The position numbers and the translations under genes are program-made. This document shows, in pieces, positions 56,321 to 64,000 of a stretch of 64,000 nt of DNA. Location: positions 10,865-74,864 of the forward strand of contig JAJQCT010000023.1 in the NCBI GenBank assembly GCA_021202555.1, read 5' to 3'. The stretch is from Clostridiales bacterium (lineage in GTDB: Bacteria > Bacillota > Clostridia > Oscillospirales > CAG-272). Positions within the stretch are counted from its first letter, which is position 1. Every line of letters starts with the position of its first letter. Below the pieces are notes generated by a model that saw nothing but the letters and a program-made list of their open reading frames with translations, searched no databases and had not been told where the DNA came from.

Positions 56321-58127
56321 ATTCACGGTAAAACTCCGCCTGTTTGTCGAACATCTCTGTATATATTCCGCCCTTCGCGTAAAGCTCCGAGTGTGTGCCG
56401 TATTCGATTATGTTCCCGTCGTGGAACACCGCTATATTCTCGGCAAGCTTTACCGCTGACATTCTGTGCGTCACAAGCACGGCTCCGCGATTCGTTATCA
56501 TCTCATCGAATCGCTTATATATTTCGTACTCGGCAAACGGGTCAAGCGCCGCTGTAGGCTCATCAAGAAGATATATCGGCGCGTCGTGATATATTGCCCT
56601 CGCTATCGCAATTTTCTGTCCCTCACCTCCCGACGGCTCAAACCCTTCGGGATCTACGCTCTTTCCCACATATGTATCGACTCCCTTTGCTGACTTTGCG
56701 GCAAGATTATCAATATCCGCTTTCCTCAGCGCCTCCTTGAGTTTTTCCCTATCGCACTCCTCTTCAAAGGTTATGTTTTGCGATAGCGGAAGGGTATATA
56801 AACAGAAATCCTGCAGTACTGGCGCAAAGAGCTTTTGATATTTTTCCGGGTCAAATTCCCTGATATTCACGCCGTCAAGCGTTATCTCCCCCTCAGTGGG
56901 AAGGTATAATCTTGTCAAAAGCTTTATGAATGTCGTTTTCCCGGATCCGTTTTCGCCCACAATAGAGAGTTTTTTGTTTGCCTCAAGCTTTATGCTCAAA
57001 TGGCGAAGCGCGTATCTGTCGCTGCCCGGATATTTGAAGGACACATCGTGAAATTCTATCACAGAATCCTCTCTGTACTCGGGCACTCTCTCCCCACTGT
57101 TTTCTTTGGATGTCGCATTTGACCTGAATTTCATCAATTCCTCAATATCAAGAGTGTACGATGTTATTTCAAGATAAACATTGAAAATGGAGCTTAGGGT
57201 CCCCGAAAACTGTCCCGCTGCTGAAATGAATATTGTCATAGATCCTACAGCGAGTGTTCCCGCAATGACCTTCACTACGGCAACCGCATAAAGAAATGCT
57301 GTCTGCAAAGCTGATGTGACGGTATGAACTGTCCGCCATTTTCCGTCAATGCGCATATTTTCCCGGAACAGGTCATTTCTTTCTCTCGCAACCTTTGCAT
57401 AGCACTCTATGAAAAAGTCCTTGGTACCGAAAATGCGCGTTTCCTTGCCGTTCTTTGATGAGGAGGCGTTGCTTGCCGCCACCTGACACCTTTGCTCGAT
57501 TCGCCATTGCTTCATTTCATATCCGTGATTTATTTCATTCAGCTTTTTCGTTACCCAGCTGTTTATCGCAATCGCGGCAATCAGTAAGGCAATAACGGAC
57601 GGGTTCATATATATGATTATATATGAAATAGTGAATATGCGAATCACAGCACTGAAAAGTCTCTCTATAAAATCAAGCATCTCAAACGGAGCCTCCGGCG
57701 CGTGCTCACTGAACATCATCGTAAACATGGATATATTGGGGTCTTCAAGCGACGCATACTCCATGTCGGCGATATATGACTGAAATTCAGCTTGGAATAT
57801 CCTGCGCAGCTCACGTTCAAGCCGTGAACACTTTATACGCAATGTCATCTCCTTCAAATGATTGAACAGCGGAATCGATGCCAAGACTGCCGCATATACT
57901 GCTGCGGTTTTGTATCCGATTTCATCATAAAGGGAGTTGATAATGAGTCCCGGAATGATTGTGTAAAGGAGTGATATAACCGCATCAACAGCGGTGATAG
58001 TCGTTTTCAAAATTAAATAAGCACAGCCTTTTCCTCTCTTCAGCCCGAAAAAGCCCAAAAGATAGCGTATGCAGTTTTTGTTCCTTTTCATATCAGTCCA
58101 AAATGATAAATCTTTAATGTTTTTCAT
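56316..58127 (-). CDS. ABC exporter, fused permease/ATP-binding protein (type I exporter half-transporter)
   Basis: 603-aa ORF with a 6-TM N-terminal domain, Walker A 'GENGSGKT', signature 'SGGEGQKIAIARA', Walker B 'IYLLDEPT' and H-loop 'VTHR'. Confidence 0.85.
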   Translation of the reverse strand: MKNIKDLSFWTDMKRNKNCIRYLLGFFGLKRGKGCAYLILKTTITAVDAVISLLYTIIPGLIINSLYDEIGYKTAAVYAAVLASIPLFNHLKEMTLRIKCSRLERELRRIFQAEFQSYIADMEYASLEDPNISMFTMMFSEHAPEAPFEMLDFIERLFSAVIRIFTISYIIIYMNPSVIALLIAAIAINSWVTKKLNEINHGYEMKQWRIEQRCQVAASNASSSKNGKETRIFGTKDFFIECYAKVARERNDLFRENMRIDGKWRTVHTVTSALQTAFLYAVAVVKVIAGTLAVGSMTIFISAAGQFSGTLSSIFNVYLEITSYTLDIEELMKFRSNATSKENSGERVPEYREDSVIEFHDVSFKYPGSDRYALRHLSIKLEANKKLSIVGENGSGKTTFIKLLTRLYLPTEGEITLDGVNIREFDPEKYQKLFAPVLQDFCLYTLPLSQNITFEEECDREKLKEALRKADIDNLAAKSAKGVDTYVGKSVDPEGFEPSGGEGQKIAIARAIYHDAPIYLLDEPTAALDPFAEYEIYKRFDEMITNRGAVLVTHRMSAVKLAENIAVFHDGNIIEYGTHSELYAKGGIYTEMFDKQAEFYRES

Positions 58128-58136
58128 CTTCTGCCC

Positions 58137-59945
58137 TCACGCCTCACGGTAAAATTCGGCTTGTTTGTCGAACATCTCTGTATATATTCCGCCCTTCGCG
58201 TAAAGCTCCGAGTGTGTGCCGTATTCGATTATGTTCCCGTCGTGGAACACCGCTATATTCTCGGCAAGCTTTACCGCTGACATTCTGTGCGTCACAAGCA
58301 CGGCTCCGCGATTCGTTATCATCTCATCGAATCGCTTATATATTTCGTACTCGGCAAACGGGTCAAGCGCGGCTGTAGGCTCATCAAGCAGATATATCGG
58401 CGCATCGTGATATATCGCTCTTGCTATCGCGATTTTCTGTCCCTCGCCTCCCGACGGCTCAAAGCCTTCGGGATCTACGCTCTTTCCCACATATGTATCG
58501 ACTCCCTTTGTCAATTCACAAAGCAGCTTTTCAAGTCCCGCTCTGTCAAGGGCATCTTCAAGCCTCTCCCTGTCAAAATCATCTTCTACAGCGGTATTAA
58601 GCGCTATCGGCAGCGAATCATACAAATTGTAATCCTGAAATACGGGCGCAAAGAGCCTTTGATATTTTTCCGGGTCGAATTCCCTGATATTCACGCCGTC
58701 AAGCGTTATCTCCCCCTCAGTGGGAAGGTATAATCTTGTCAAAAGCTTTATGAATGTCGTTTTTCCGGATCCGTTTTCGCCAACAATACAGAGCTTTTTG
58801 TTCGCTTCAAGCTTTATGCTCAAATGGCGAAGCGCGTATCTGTCGCTGCCCGGATATTTAAATGACACATCGTGAAATTCTATAACCGAATCGTCTCTGT
58901 ACTCAGGCACTCTGTCGCCGCTGTTTTCTTTGGACGTTTTGCCGTGACAAAAGCTCTCGATTTCCTCCACTCTCACCGAATAAGCCGAAATCTCAAGGTA
59001 TGAGTTGAATATCGAGCTGACAGTGCCGGAAAACTGCCCCGCTGCTGATATGAATATCGTCATTGATCCTACGGCGAGCGTGCCTTTTATGACACCGTAT
59101 ATTGCTGTGGCATATAGCGCGGCTTCCTGCAAAGCGCTTGTCAGGGCGTGTACCGTCTTAAGTCTTACGCTCGCTTTTTCGTTTCCGAGGGCAAGCTCGT
59201 CTATCTTTTCGCCTATCTTCATGTATCTTTTGATGAAGAAATCCTTAGTTCTGAAAAGCCTCATTTCCATCCCATACTCTTCATCGTTCAAATTGGCGTT
59301 TTCAGTCCAGAATATATTATCGAGCTTTCTGTTTTCAAGCTCATATTCGCGCCGCAAAGCGTCGATTTTCTTTGTCACCCATGCGTTCACAAAAATAATG
59401 CCCAAGAGCAGAATTACGACCGCAGGATTCAGGTATGCGATTATTGTAGACAGCGCCAGAACTTTTGTAAAGGAATTGATAAGGCTTGTCACATGGTCAA
59501 GCATCGTAAAGGGGATTTCGGGACCGCTTGAATTTATCTCCTTCACCATGGCGGACGCCGCCGGATCCTCTAAAAGCGCATACTCCAAATCCATTGTGTA
59601 TGACTGATATTTCATCTGAAACGAAAGTCTCAAATCCAGCCTTATGTTGTCCGATGCTCTGCGCAGCGTATAGTCCTTGACGTGATTTATAAGCGGCACG
59701 GCGGCAAGCAGCGCAACATAGATAATTACATTCCGCTCCGCGCCGTCAACGAGTGAATTTATGATAAGTCCGGGGATAACAGTATACGCAAGCGAAACAA
59801 GTGCATCGAGCAGCGCCAGCAAGACTCTTAAAAAGATGTAAAGTCCTCCTGTCCTGCTCGACGCGAAAAATCCCGCCGCGTATTTAATCGATGATACGCA
59901 TCGTCTCGCGTTCGCAAATCGCTTTTTTTGTGTTTTTGTCTTCAT
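58137..59945 (-). CDS. ABC exporter, fused permease/ATP-binding protein (paralog with near-identical ATPase domain)
   Basis: The start is set at MKTKTQKK (ATG 59945, GGAGG upstream). The architecture matches the downstream gene. Only 9 nt separate it from the downstream gene's start. Confidence 0.85.
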   Translation of the reverse strand: MKTKTQKKRFANARRCVSSIKYAAGFFASSRTGGLYIFLRVLLALLDALVSLAYTVIPGLIINSLVDGAERNVIIYVALLAAVPLINHVKDYTLRRASDNIRLDLRLSFQMKYQSYTMDLEYALLEDPAASAMVKEINSSGPEIPFTMLDHVTSLINSFTKVLALSTIIAYLNPAVVILLLGIIFVNAWVTKKIDALRREYELENRKLDNIFWTENANLNDEEYGMEMRLFRTKDFFIKRYMKIGEKIDELALGNEKASVRLKTVHALTSALQEAALYATAIYGVIKGTLAVGSMTIFISAAGQFSGTVSSIFNSYLEISAYSVRVEEIESFCHGKTSKENSGDRVPEYRDDSVIEFHDVSFKYPGSDRYALRHLSIKLEANKKLCIVGENGSGKTTFIKLLTRLYLPTEGEITLDGVNIREFDPEKYQRLFAPVFQDYNLYDSLPIALNTAVEDDFDRERLEDALDRAGLEKLLCELTKGVDTYVGKSVDPEGFEPSGGEGQKIAIARAIYHDAPIYLLDEPTAALDPFAEYEIYKRFDEMITNRGAVLVTHRMSAVKLAENIAVFHDGNIIEYGTHSELYAKGGIYTEMFDKQAEFYREA

Positions 59946-60013
59946 ATGTGCCTCCATAATATTGGTTTTTACTCGTCGCTTTCCGACGCTGTATCTCTAT
60001 AGAACTTTGCCTG

Positions 60014-60092
60014 CATGACATTCATTAACGAATCACAGATTCGTTAATGAAGTCGTCGAATATTCCGCATAGCGGAATATTCAAGGTTCACG
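60014..60092. repeat. Double-hairpin repeat module at the 3' end of the third ABC gene
   Basis: CATGACATTC, then hairpin 1 (60017-60054, core ATTAACGAATC-aca-GATTCGTTAAT), then hairpin 2 (60058-60082, GAATATTCCGC-ata-GCGGAATATTC), then the tail AAGGTTCACG, which contains the gene's stop codon. Confidence 0.8.
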
Positions 60093-61884
60093 TCTCTCTA
60101 TAAAACTCTGCTTGTTTGTCAAACATATCACGGTATATTCCGCCCTTTGCGTAAAGCTCCGAGTGTGTGCCGTATTCGGCGACGTGACCGTCATCAAACA
60201 CAGCGACTTTATTCGCAAGCTGTACGGCGGAAAGCCTGTGCGTAATCAGAACGGCGCACTTTCCGTGTATCATTTTATGGAACTGAGCATAGATTTCATA
60301 TTCCGCTCTCGGATCAAGCGCCGCCGTAGGCTCATCCAAGAGGTAAATATCTCCGCCGTGATAAATAGCTCTGGCTATGGCAATGCGCTGCCCCTCACCT
60401 CCCGACGGCTCAAACCCGTCAGGGTCAATAAATTTCCCGATTTTGGTATGCTCCTGCTTCGGAAGCGAGGCGATAAGGTCTGTAAGCCCCACGTCGTCTA
60501 TTGCGGAATGCAGCTTTTCGCTGTCAATGTCGTCGCTAAGACAGATATTATCCTCAACCTCAAAGCTGTATCGGCAAAAGTCCTGAAAAACGGGAGCGAA
60601 AAGACCGATATACTCATAATAATCGAAGGAATAGATGTTTTTGCCGTTGAGCAGGATTTCACCCTCGGTGGGATAGTACATTCTCGTGAGCAGCTTGATG
60701 AATGTAGACTTGCCCGACCCGTTTTCCCCGACAATACAAATGCGCTCATCGCTTCGTATCACAATATTCAGGTGACGAAGCGCATAACGGTCACTTCCCG
60801 GATACTTAAAGCTTACATCCTTGAATTTTATAGTGAACTCGCCGCTCAAATCCGGATGCTCGGTTCCGCTGCTTATCTGTCTTTGCGGGATTGAGAAGAA
60901 GTCCGAGATGTCGTTCAGGCTGTATTTCATGCTCGCCAAGGACAAAACGGAGCCTGAAAGTTTATTAAGCGAGCTGCTGAGCTGTTCAACAGATGAGATA
61001 CAAATTGTCATGGTTCCGACCGAAAGAACGCCTCTCAAGACCTGAACTATAAGATAGCAGTACAAAAACACCTGCTGAACAAACTTTCCGACAACGGAAA
61101 TTCCGCTGACCGCGATTGTCTTTCTCTTATATTTCAAATCGTGTCGGTTTGTCTCCTCCTCGTTCTCCATCATATGGTCTATCAAATAGTCCTTGCTTTT
61201 GAACATCCGGATTTCCTTGGCGAACTCGGTTTCCTGCAAAATGTAGATAAATGTATCGCGTATTCTGTTCAGTATGTCGGATTCAAGCTCACTCTCTCTG
61301 CCCTTTTTCACAAGCCACTTTGACGCAAAGAAATTGATGATTGCCACAGCTATTACTATGAGCACCATCCACGCATTGAGCGTAAATACGAGCGTTATGA
61401 CGAGGCAAAACTGAATAATGGCGCCAAGCACACCGCAGTAATTATCAACAACGGAGGGCAGCGCTTCAATGGCGTTCAGCGCACGGAATTTAAGCTGGTC
61501 TACATCCGGCTTTTCCAGCTCTTCAAGGTCAATTTCGGCAATTTTACCGTACATGAGCCTGTTGCTGTTGTTGTTGAATTTTGACAGCACAGTTGTCGTC
61601 AGATATTCAATGGGCTTGTTCACAGCGAAAAGCAAAAGCGGCGAGCCGACAATCGCGGCGGCATAAAATGCAATCCGACTCATGCTCTGCTCTCCCGTCA
61701 GCTCATCAATCAAAAGTCCCGGAAACATGACAAATACAAGCGGGAGCAATGAGTTCAAAACTGAGCTTATGCACCGCAGAATAATATAGAGCTTCCCGTT
61801 TGCCTCACGGCTCCACACGTACTCTAACCCCTGAAACGATGAGTTGATTGTGCGTATGTTTTCCTGAAATAAAGTGTGTTTCAT
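60088..61884 (-). CDS. ABC exporter, fused permease/ATP-binding protein (third paralog)
   Basis: The start is set at MKHTLFQEN (ATG 61884), because a consensus promoter lies inside the longer ORF-track extension. It has the same NBD motifs: 'GENGSGKS', 'SGGEGQRIAIARA', 'IYLLDEPT'. Confidence 0.85.
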   Translation of the reverse strand: MKHTLFQENIRTINSSFQGLEYVWSREANGKLYIILRCISSVLNSLLPLVFVMFPGLLIDELTGEQSMSRIAFYAAAIVGSPLLLFAVNKPIEYLTTTVLSKFNNNSNRLMYGKIAEIDLEELEKPDVDQLKFRALNAIEALPSVVDNYCGVLGAIIQFCLVITLVFTLNAWMVLIVIAVAIINFFASKWLVKKGRESELESDILNRIRDTFIYILQETEFAKEIRMFKSKDYLIDHMMENEEETNRHDLKYKRKTIAVSGISVVGKFVQQVFLYCYLIVQVLRGVLSVGTMTICISSVEQLSSSLNKLSGSVLSLASMKYSLNDISDFFSIPQRQISSGTEHPDLSGEFTIKFKDVSFKYPGSDRYALRHLNIVIRSDERICIVGENGSGKSTFIKLLTRMYYPTEGEILLNGKNIYSFDYYEYIGLFAPVFQDFCRYSFEVEDNICLSDDIDSEKLHSAIDDVGLTDLIASLPKQEHTKIGKFIDPDGFEPSGGEGQRIAIARAIYHGGDIYLLDEPTAALDPRAEYEIYAQFHKMIHGKCAVLITHRLSAVQLANKVAVFDDGHVAEYGTHSELYAKGGIYRDMFDKQAEFYRET

Positions 61885-61927
61885 AGTAATGCACCTGCTT
61901 ATCCCGAAATTTGTCATCAACAAATCC

Positions 61928-61956
61928 ATTATACGGGGCGAAAATGCGTTTGTCAA
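61928..61956 (-). promoter_or_regulatory. Consensus sigma-A promoter of the ABC exporter genes
   Basis: Minus strand: TTGACA (61956-61951), exactly 17 nt, TATAAT (61933-61928). Confidence 0.7.
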
Positions 61957-62005
61957 GGGGTGCAAGTTTCAAATCATTCAACTTCGGGATTTAAGGCTTT
62001 TTCGT

Positions 62006-62050
62006 AAAAAAACACTGTCCCATAGGATGCGGCGCACCCCTATGGGACAG
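62006..62050 (-). terminator. Rho-independent terminator after the XRE-family regulator gene
   Basis: 12-bp stem CTGTCCCATAGG / CCTATGGGACAG. In minus orientation it is followed by tgTTTTTTT. Confidence 0.75.
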
Positions 62051-62067
62051 AGTTTGATTTTGTTTTG

Positions 62068-62988
62068 TCATCTGCCGCCCTGATGGGAAAGCAGGCTTCT
62101 GATACAGCCGAGAAGCGGCGAGTCCGCGTCAGCTTCGCCCGATACGCAAAGCAGCAGCGCCTCGTTCGCAAGCTCTGTCACCTCGCCACTGTCGCGCGGG
62201 TCACCGAGATTTCTCAAAGCAAGCGCACGGTTATATAAGCAAAACACTAAATTCAGATTATCCTTCGCGTATTTGCATCGTTTTATTCCCTCACGTGCGA
62301 CATTGGCGCACTCACTGTAATTTCCCGCCGTGCCGAGATACCTTGAAAGGTGACGGCAGATTTCCGAGAGCATTTCCGACGCTGCAACAGTGTCCTCGAC
62401 GTTTGCTTCGACAAAATTTTTTGTATGATAAAGTATTCTGACGGCAATTTCGACGTTTCCGAGCGCAAAATACGTTTCGGCTATAAATCCGAGCAGATGA
62501 ATTTCCGTCCTTGTCATAAGAGGCGGCAGGTTTTCGACGCTGAAATCCTCAACAGTAATCGAAAGCGATTTTTCGAGATTTTCAAGCTTCAGGTCAAGAC
62601 TTATCACTCCGTCCTCGAAGAGAATAACCGTTTCAAGCGCGTCGTACCGCTGACGGTTCTCGGGCGAGAAGCTGTCGTATTCCTTGCCGAGCGCGTCAAT
62701 TATCCCGAGCGATTCCGCTTTGTCGCCGTCAGAAAACAGCCGTTCCGCTCCTCGGATTTTCTGATACACAATATAATCGGTCAGGTCTGTAGTTTCGCCG
62801 AGAATTTCCGACCCTAACCCGAGCCGTTCTAAAAGCATCGCCAGAACGTCGGCGCCCCCGATATTGTTTCCGTTTTCGATTCGCGAAAGCATCGATTTGC
62901 TGCATATCCCGCGGCAAAGCTCCGTTTGGGTGACGCCCCGTTCACACCTCCGCTCTTTTATTATTTTTCCGATTTTTGATTTTGTCAT
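62068..62988 (-). CDS. XRE-family HTH transcriptional regulator with C-terminal helical-repeat (TPR-like) domain
   Basis: 306-aa ORF. The N-terminus 'IGKIIKERRCERGVTQTELCRGICSKSMLSRIENGNN' is a classic HTH_XRE. The remaining ~240 aa are helical repeats, as in RNPP/Rgg/PlcR-type regulators (inference). Confidence 0.7.
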   Translation of the reverse strand: MTKSKIGKIIKERRCERGVTQTELCRGICSKSMLSRIENGNNIGGADVLAMLLERLGLGSEILGETTDLTDYIVYQKIRGAERLFSDGDKAESLGIIDALGKEYDSFSPENRQRYDALETVILFEDGVISLDLKLENLEKSLSITVEDFSVENLPPLMTRTEIHLLGFIAETYFALGNVEIAVRILYHTKNFVEANVEDTVAASEMLSEICRHLSRYLGTAGNYSECANVAREGIKRCKYAKDNLNLVFCLYNRALALRNLGDPRDSGEVTELANEALLLCVSGEADADSPLLGCIRSLLSHQGGR

Positions 62989-63047
62989 AGCCTTTCAGTC
63001 AGCGCATAGGCGCCGCGTTATATCCGCAAAATGCGGCGTTCCCCAAT

Positions 63048-64000
63048 TTATCTTGTATAAACGTCGGGATAATCGGGCAGCGGGTACGCGGAATCGAGGA
63101 AATAGTCCGTGTGAGGCGGGATATTGTACGCGACATTTTCAGCCGCCACGCCGCAGCGATACATCGTGTTGTGCATGAGAGTGTAAATTCTGTACTCGGT
63201 CTCATAATTGGTAAGATAGACGCGAAGCGAATTTCCGCTTGTCGTCGCGAATATTATCTCCTCGCGCCAGTCTCCGAGCAAATCAGCGGTAAGGCACGGA
63301 GTCGATTTTGTTCCGTTGATTGACGTCACCTTCTTGCCGGTCAGCACCTCGCCAAGCTCATACGAATAGACAGTCGTTCCGTCAAGCCCACACCTTTCAA
63401 GCGCGCCTGTAAACCACACGGCAAAGTTGATTCCGCCCGACCATGTCACCTTTTTCATTTTTGAAAGCTTGTCACTGTCGCTGTCATAATAATATACAAC
63501 CGATGTTGTCGCGCACATAAATTCTGCCGACGAATTGCCCGATATGAAATTATCCGCAAGCGCGCGTCCGACATCCCTGTCTGCCGTATACTGTCCGAGA
63601 ATTTCTCCCGTCGCCGCGTCCGCAAGATACGCGCCGGTGCCCCCCTCAAGGCAGCCCCAGACCTCAAGTCCCTCGCGCTCCGGCAAAAAATCGCCCACAT
63701 GAACGGCGTCGCCGTGTCCAAGACGTGTATTCCAGAGCTTCGTACCGTCGTGATCGATGCAGCACTGACCGTATACAATCTCATCATATCCGTCGGCGTC
63801 AACGTCGGCAACGACGACATTGTGATTTCCCTGTCCCGCATAGGTCGCGTTCGTATGCTCGTCCGTGTCAAACGTCCAGAGCTTCGTAAGATTCTCGCCG
63901 TCAAAGCTGTACGCAACAAGCACAGAGCGCGTGTAATATCCGCGGCACATAACGATAGACGGAGTTTTGCCGTCGAGGTACGCAACGCAGGCGAGAAATC
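63048..64000 (-). CDS. Rhamnogalacturonan lyase, polysaccharide lyase family 11 (YesW/YesX-like), 5'-truncated by the window edge
   Basis: The frame stays open upstream of the ORF-track Met through 64000 ('..AYLDGKTPSIVMCRGYYTRSVLVAY..'). 'VVADVDADGYDEIVYG' and 'ADLLGDWREEIIF' are typical PL11 beta-propeller motifs. Confidence 0.7.
   Translation of the reverse strand, partial: FLACVAYLDGKTPSIVMCRGYYTRSVLVAYSFDGENLTKLWTFDTDEHTNATYAGQGNHNVVVADVDADGYDEIVYGQCCIDHDGTKLWNTRLGHGDAVHVGDFLPEREGLEVWGCLEGGTGAYLADAATGEILGQYTADRDVGRALADNFISGNSSAEFMCATTSVVYYYDSDSDKLSKMKKVTWSGGINFAVWFTGALERCGLDGTTVYSYELGEVLTGKKVTSINGTKSTPCLTADLLGDWREEIIFATTSGNSLRVYLTNYETEYRIYTLMHNTMYRCGVAAENVAYNIPPHTDYFLDSAYPLPDYPDVYTR

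Noticed and set aside
61885-61965. N-terminal extension of the third ABC gene (MHPLTNAFSPRIMDLL...)
   Set aside because: A perfect TTGACA-17-TATAAT promoter (61956-61928) lies inside this extension, so transcription should begin downstream of it. The ATG at 61884 is used instead.

Overview
This window looks like core chromosome from a Firmicutes/Clostridia-type genome. That call is an inference from a long Bacillus-type SRP RNA directly upstream of dnaX-ybaB-recR, an IspH-ribosomal protein S1 fusion, a SpoIID-domain protein, a complete V-type ATPase operon, and repeated TTGACA-17 nt-TATAAT promoters. About 55 protein genes are present, mostly on the minus strand. They include housekeeping genes (cmk, plsC, ispH/S1, prfA, Sua5/TsaC, coaE, recR, dnaX, a GyrA/ParC-type topoisomerase subunit, and rpsU, which is under 60 aa and therefore absent from the ORF track). 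They also include scattered plant-polysaccharide genes (GH127, GH43, araA, a FucI-like isomerase, a partial PL11 lyase), an acyltransferase/GT8 cluster, two tandem parvulin-type foldase paralogs, a pseudopilin-like cassette, and an XRE-TPR regulator followed by three tandem ABC exporters. RNA genes are tRNA-Arg(CCG) and SRP RNA. I saw no transposase, integrase, cas or phage genes. The most unusual signal is a family of modular hairpin repeats with a conserved stem base and apex and a variable but always self-complementary middle. It forms a roughly 410-bp tandem array abutting tRNA-Arg, and single copies sit at the 3' ends of two ABC exporter genes, bracketed by duplicated relic gene ends. Other points worth a second look: an in-frame TAA at a conserved Glu codon of the V-ATPase B subunit; three in-frame A-AAA-AA(G/T) slippery heptamers in the dnaX linker, two with immediate -1-frame stops; near-identical ATPase domains in two adjacent ABC paralogs; and an ASCH-zincin fusion protein. 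All functional calls come from motif recognition by eye, and no database search was run.
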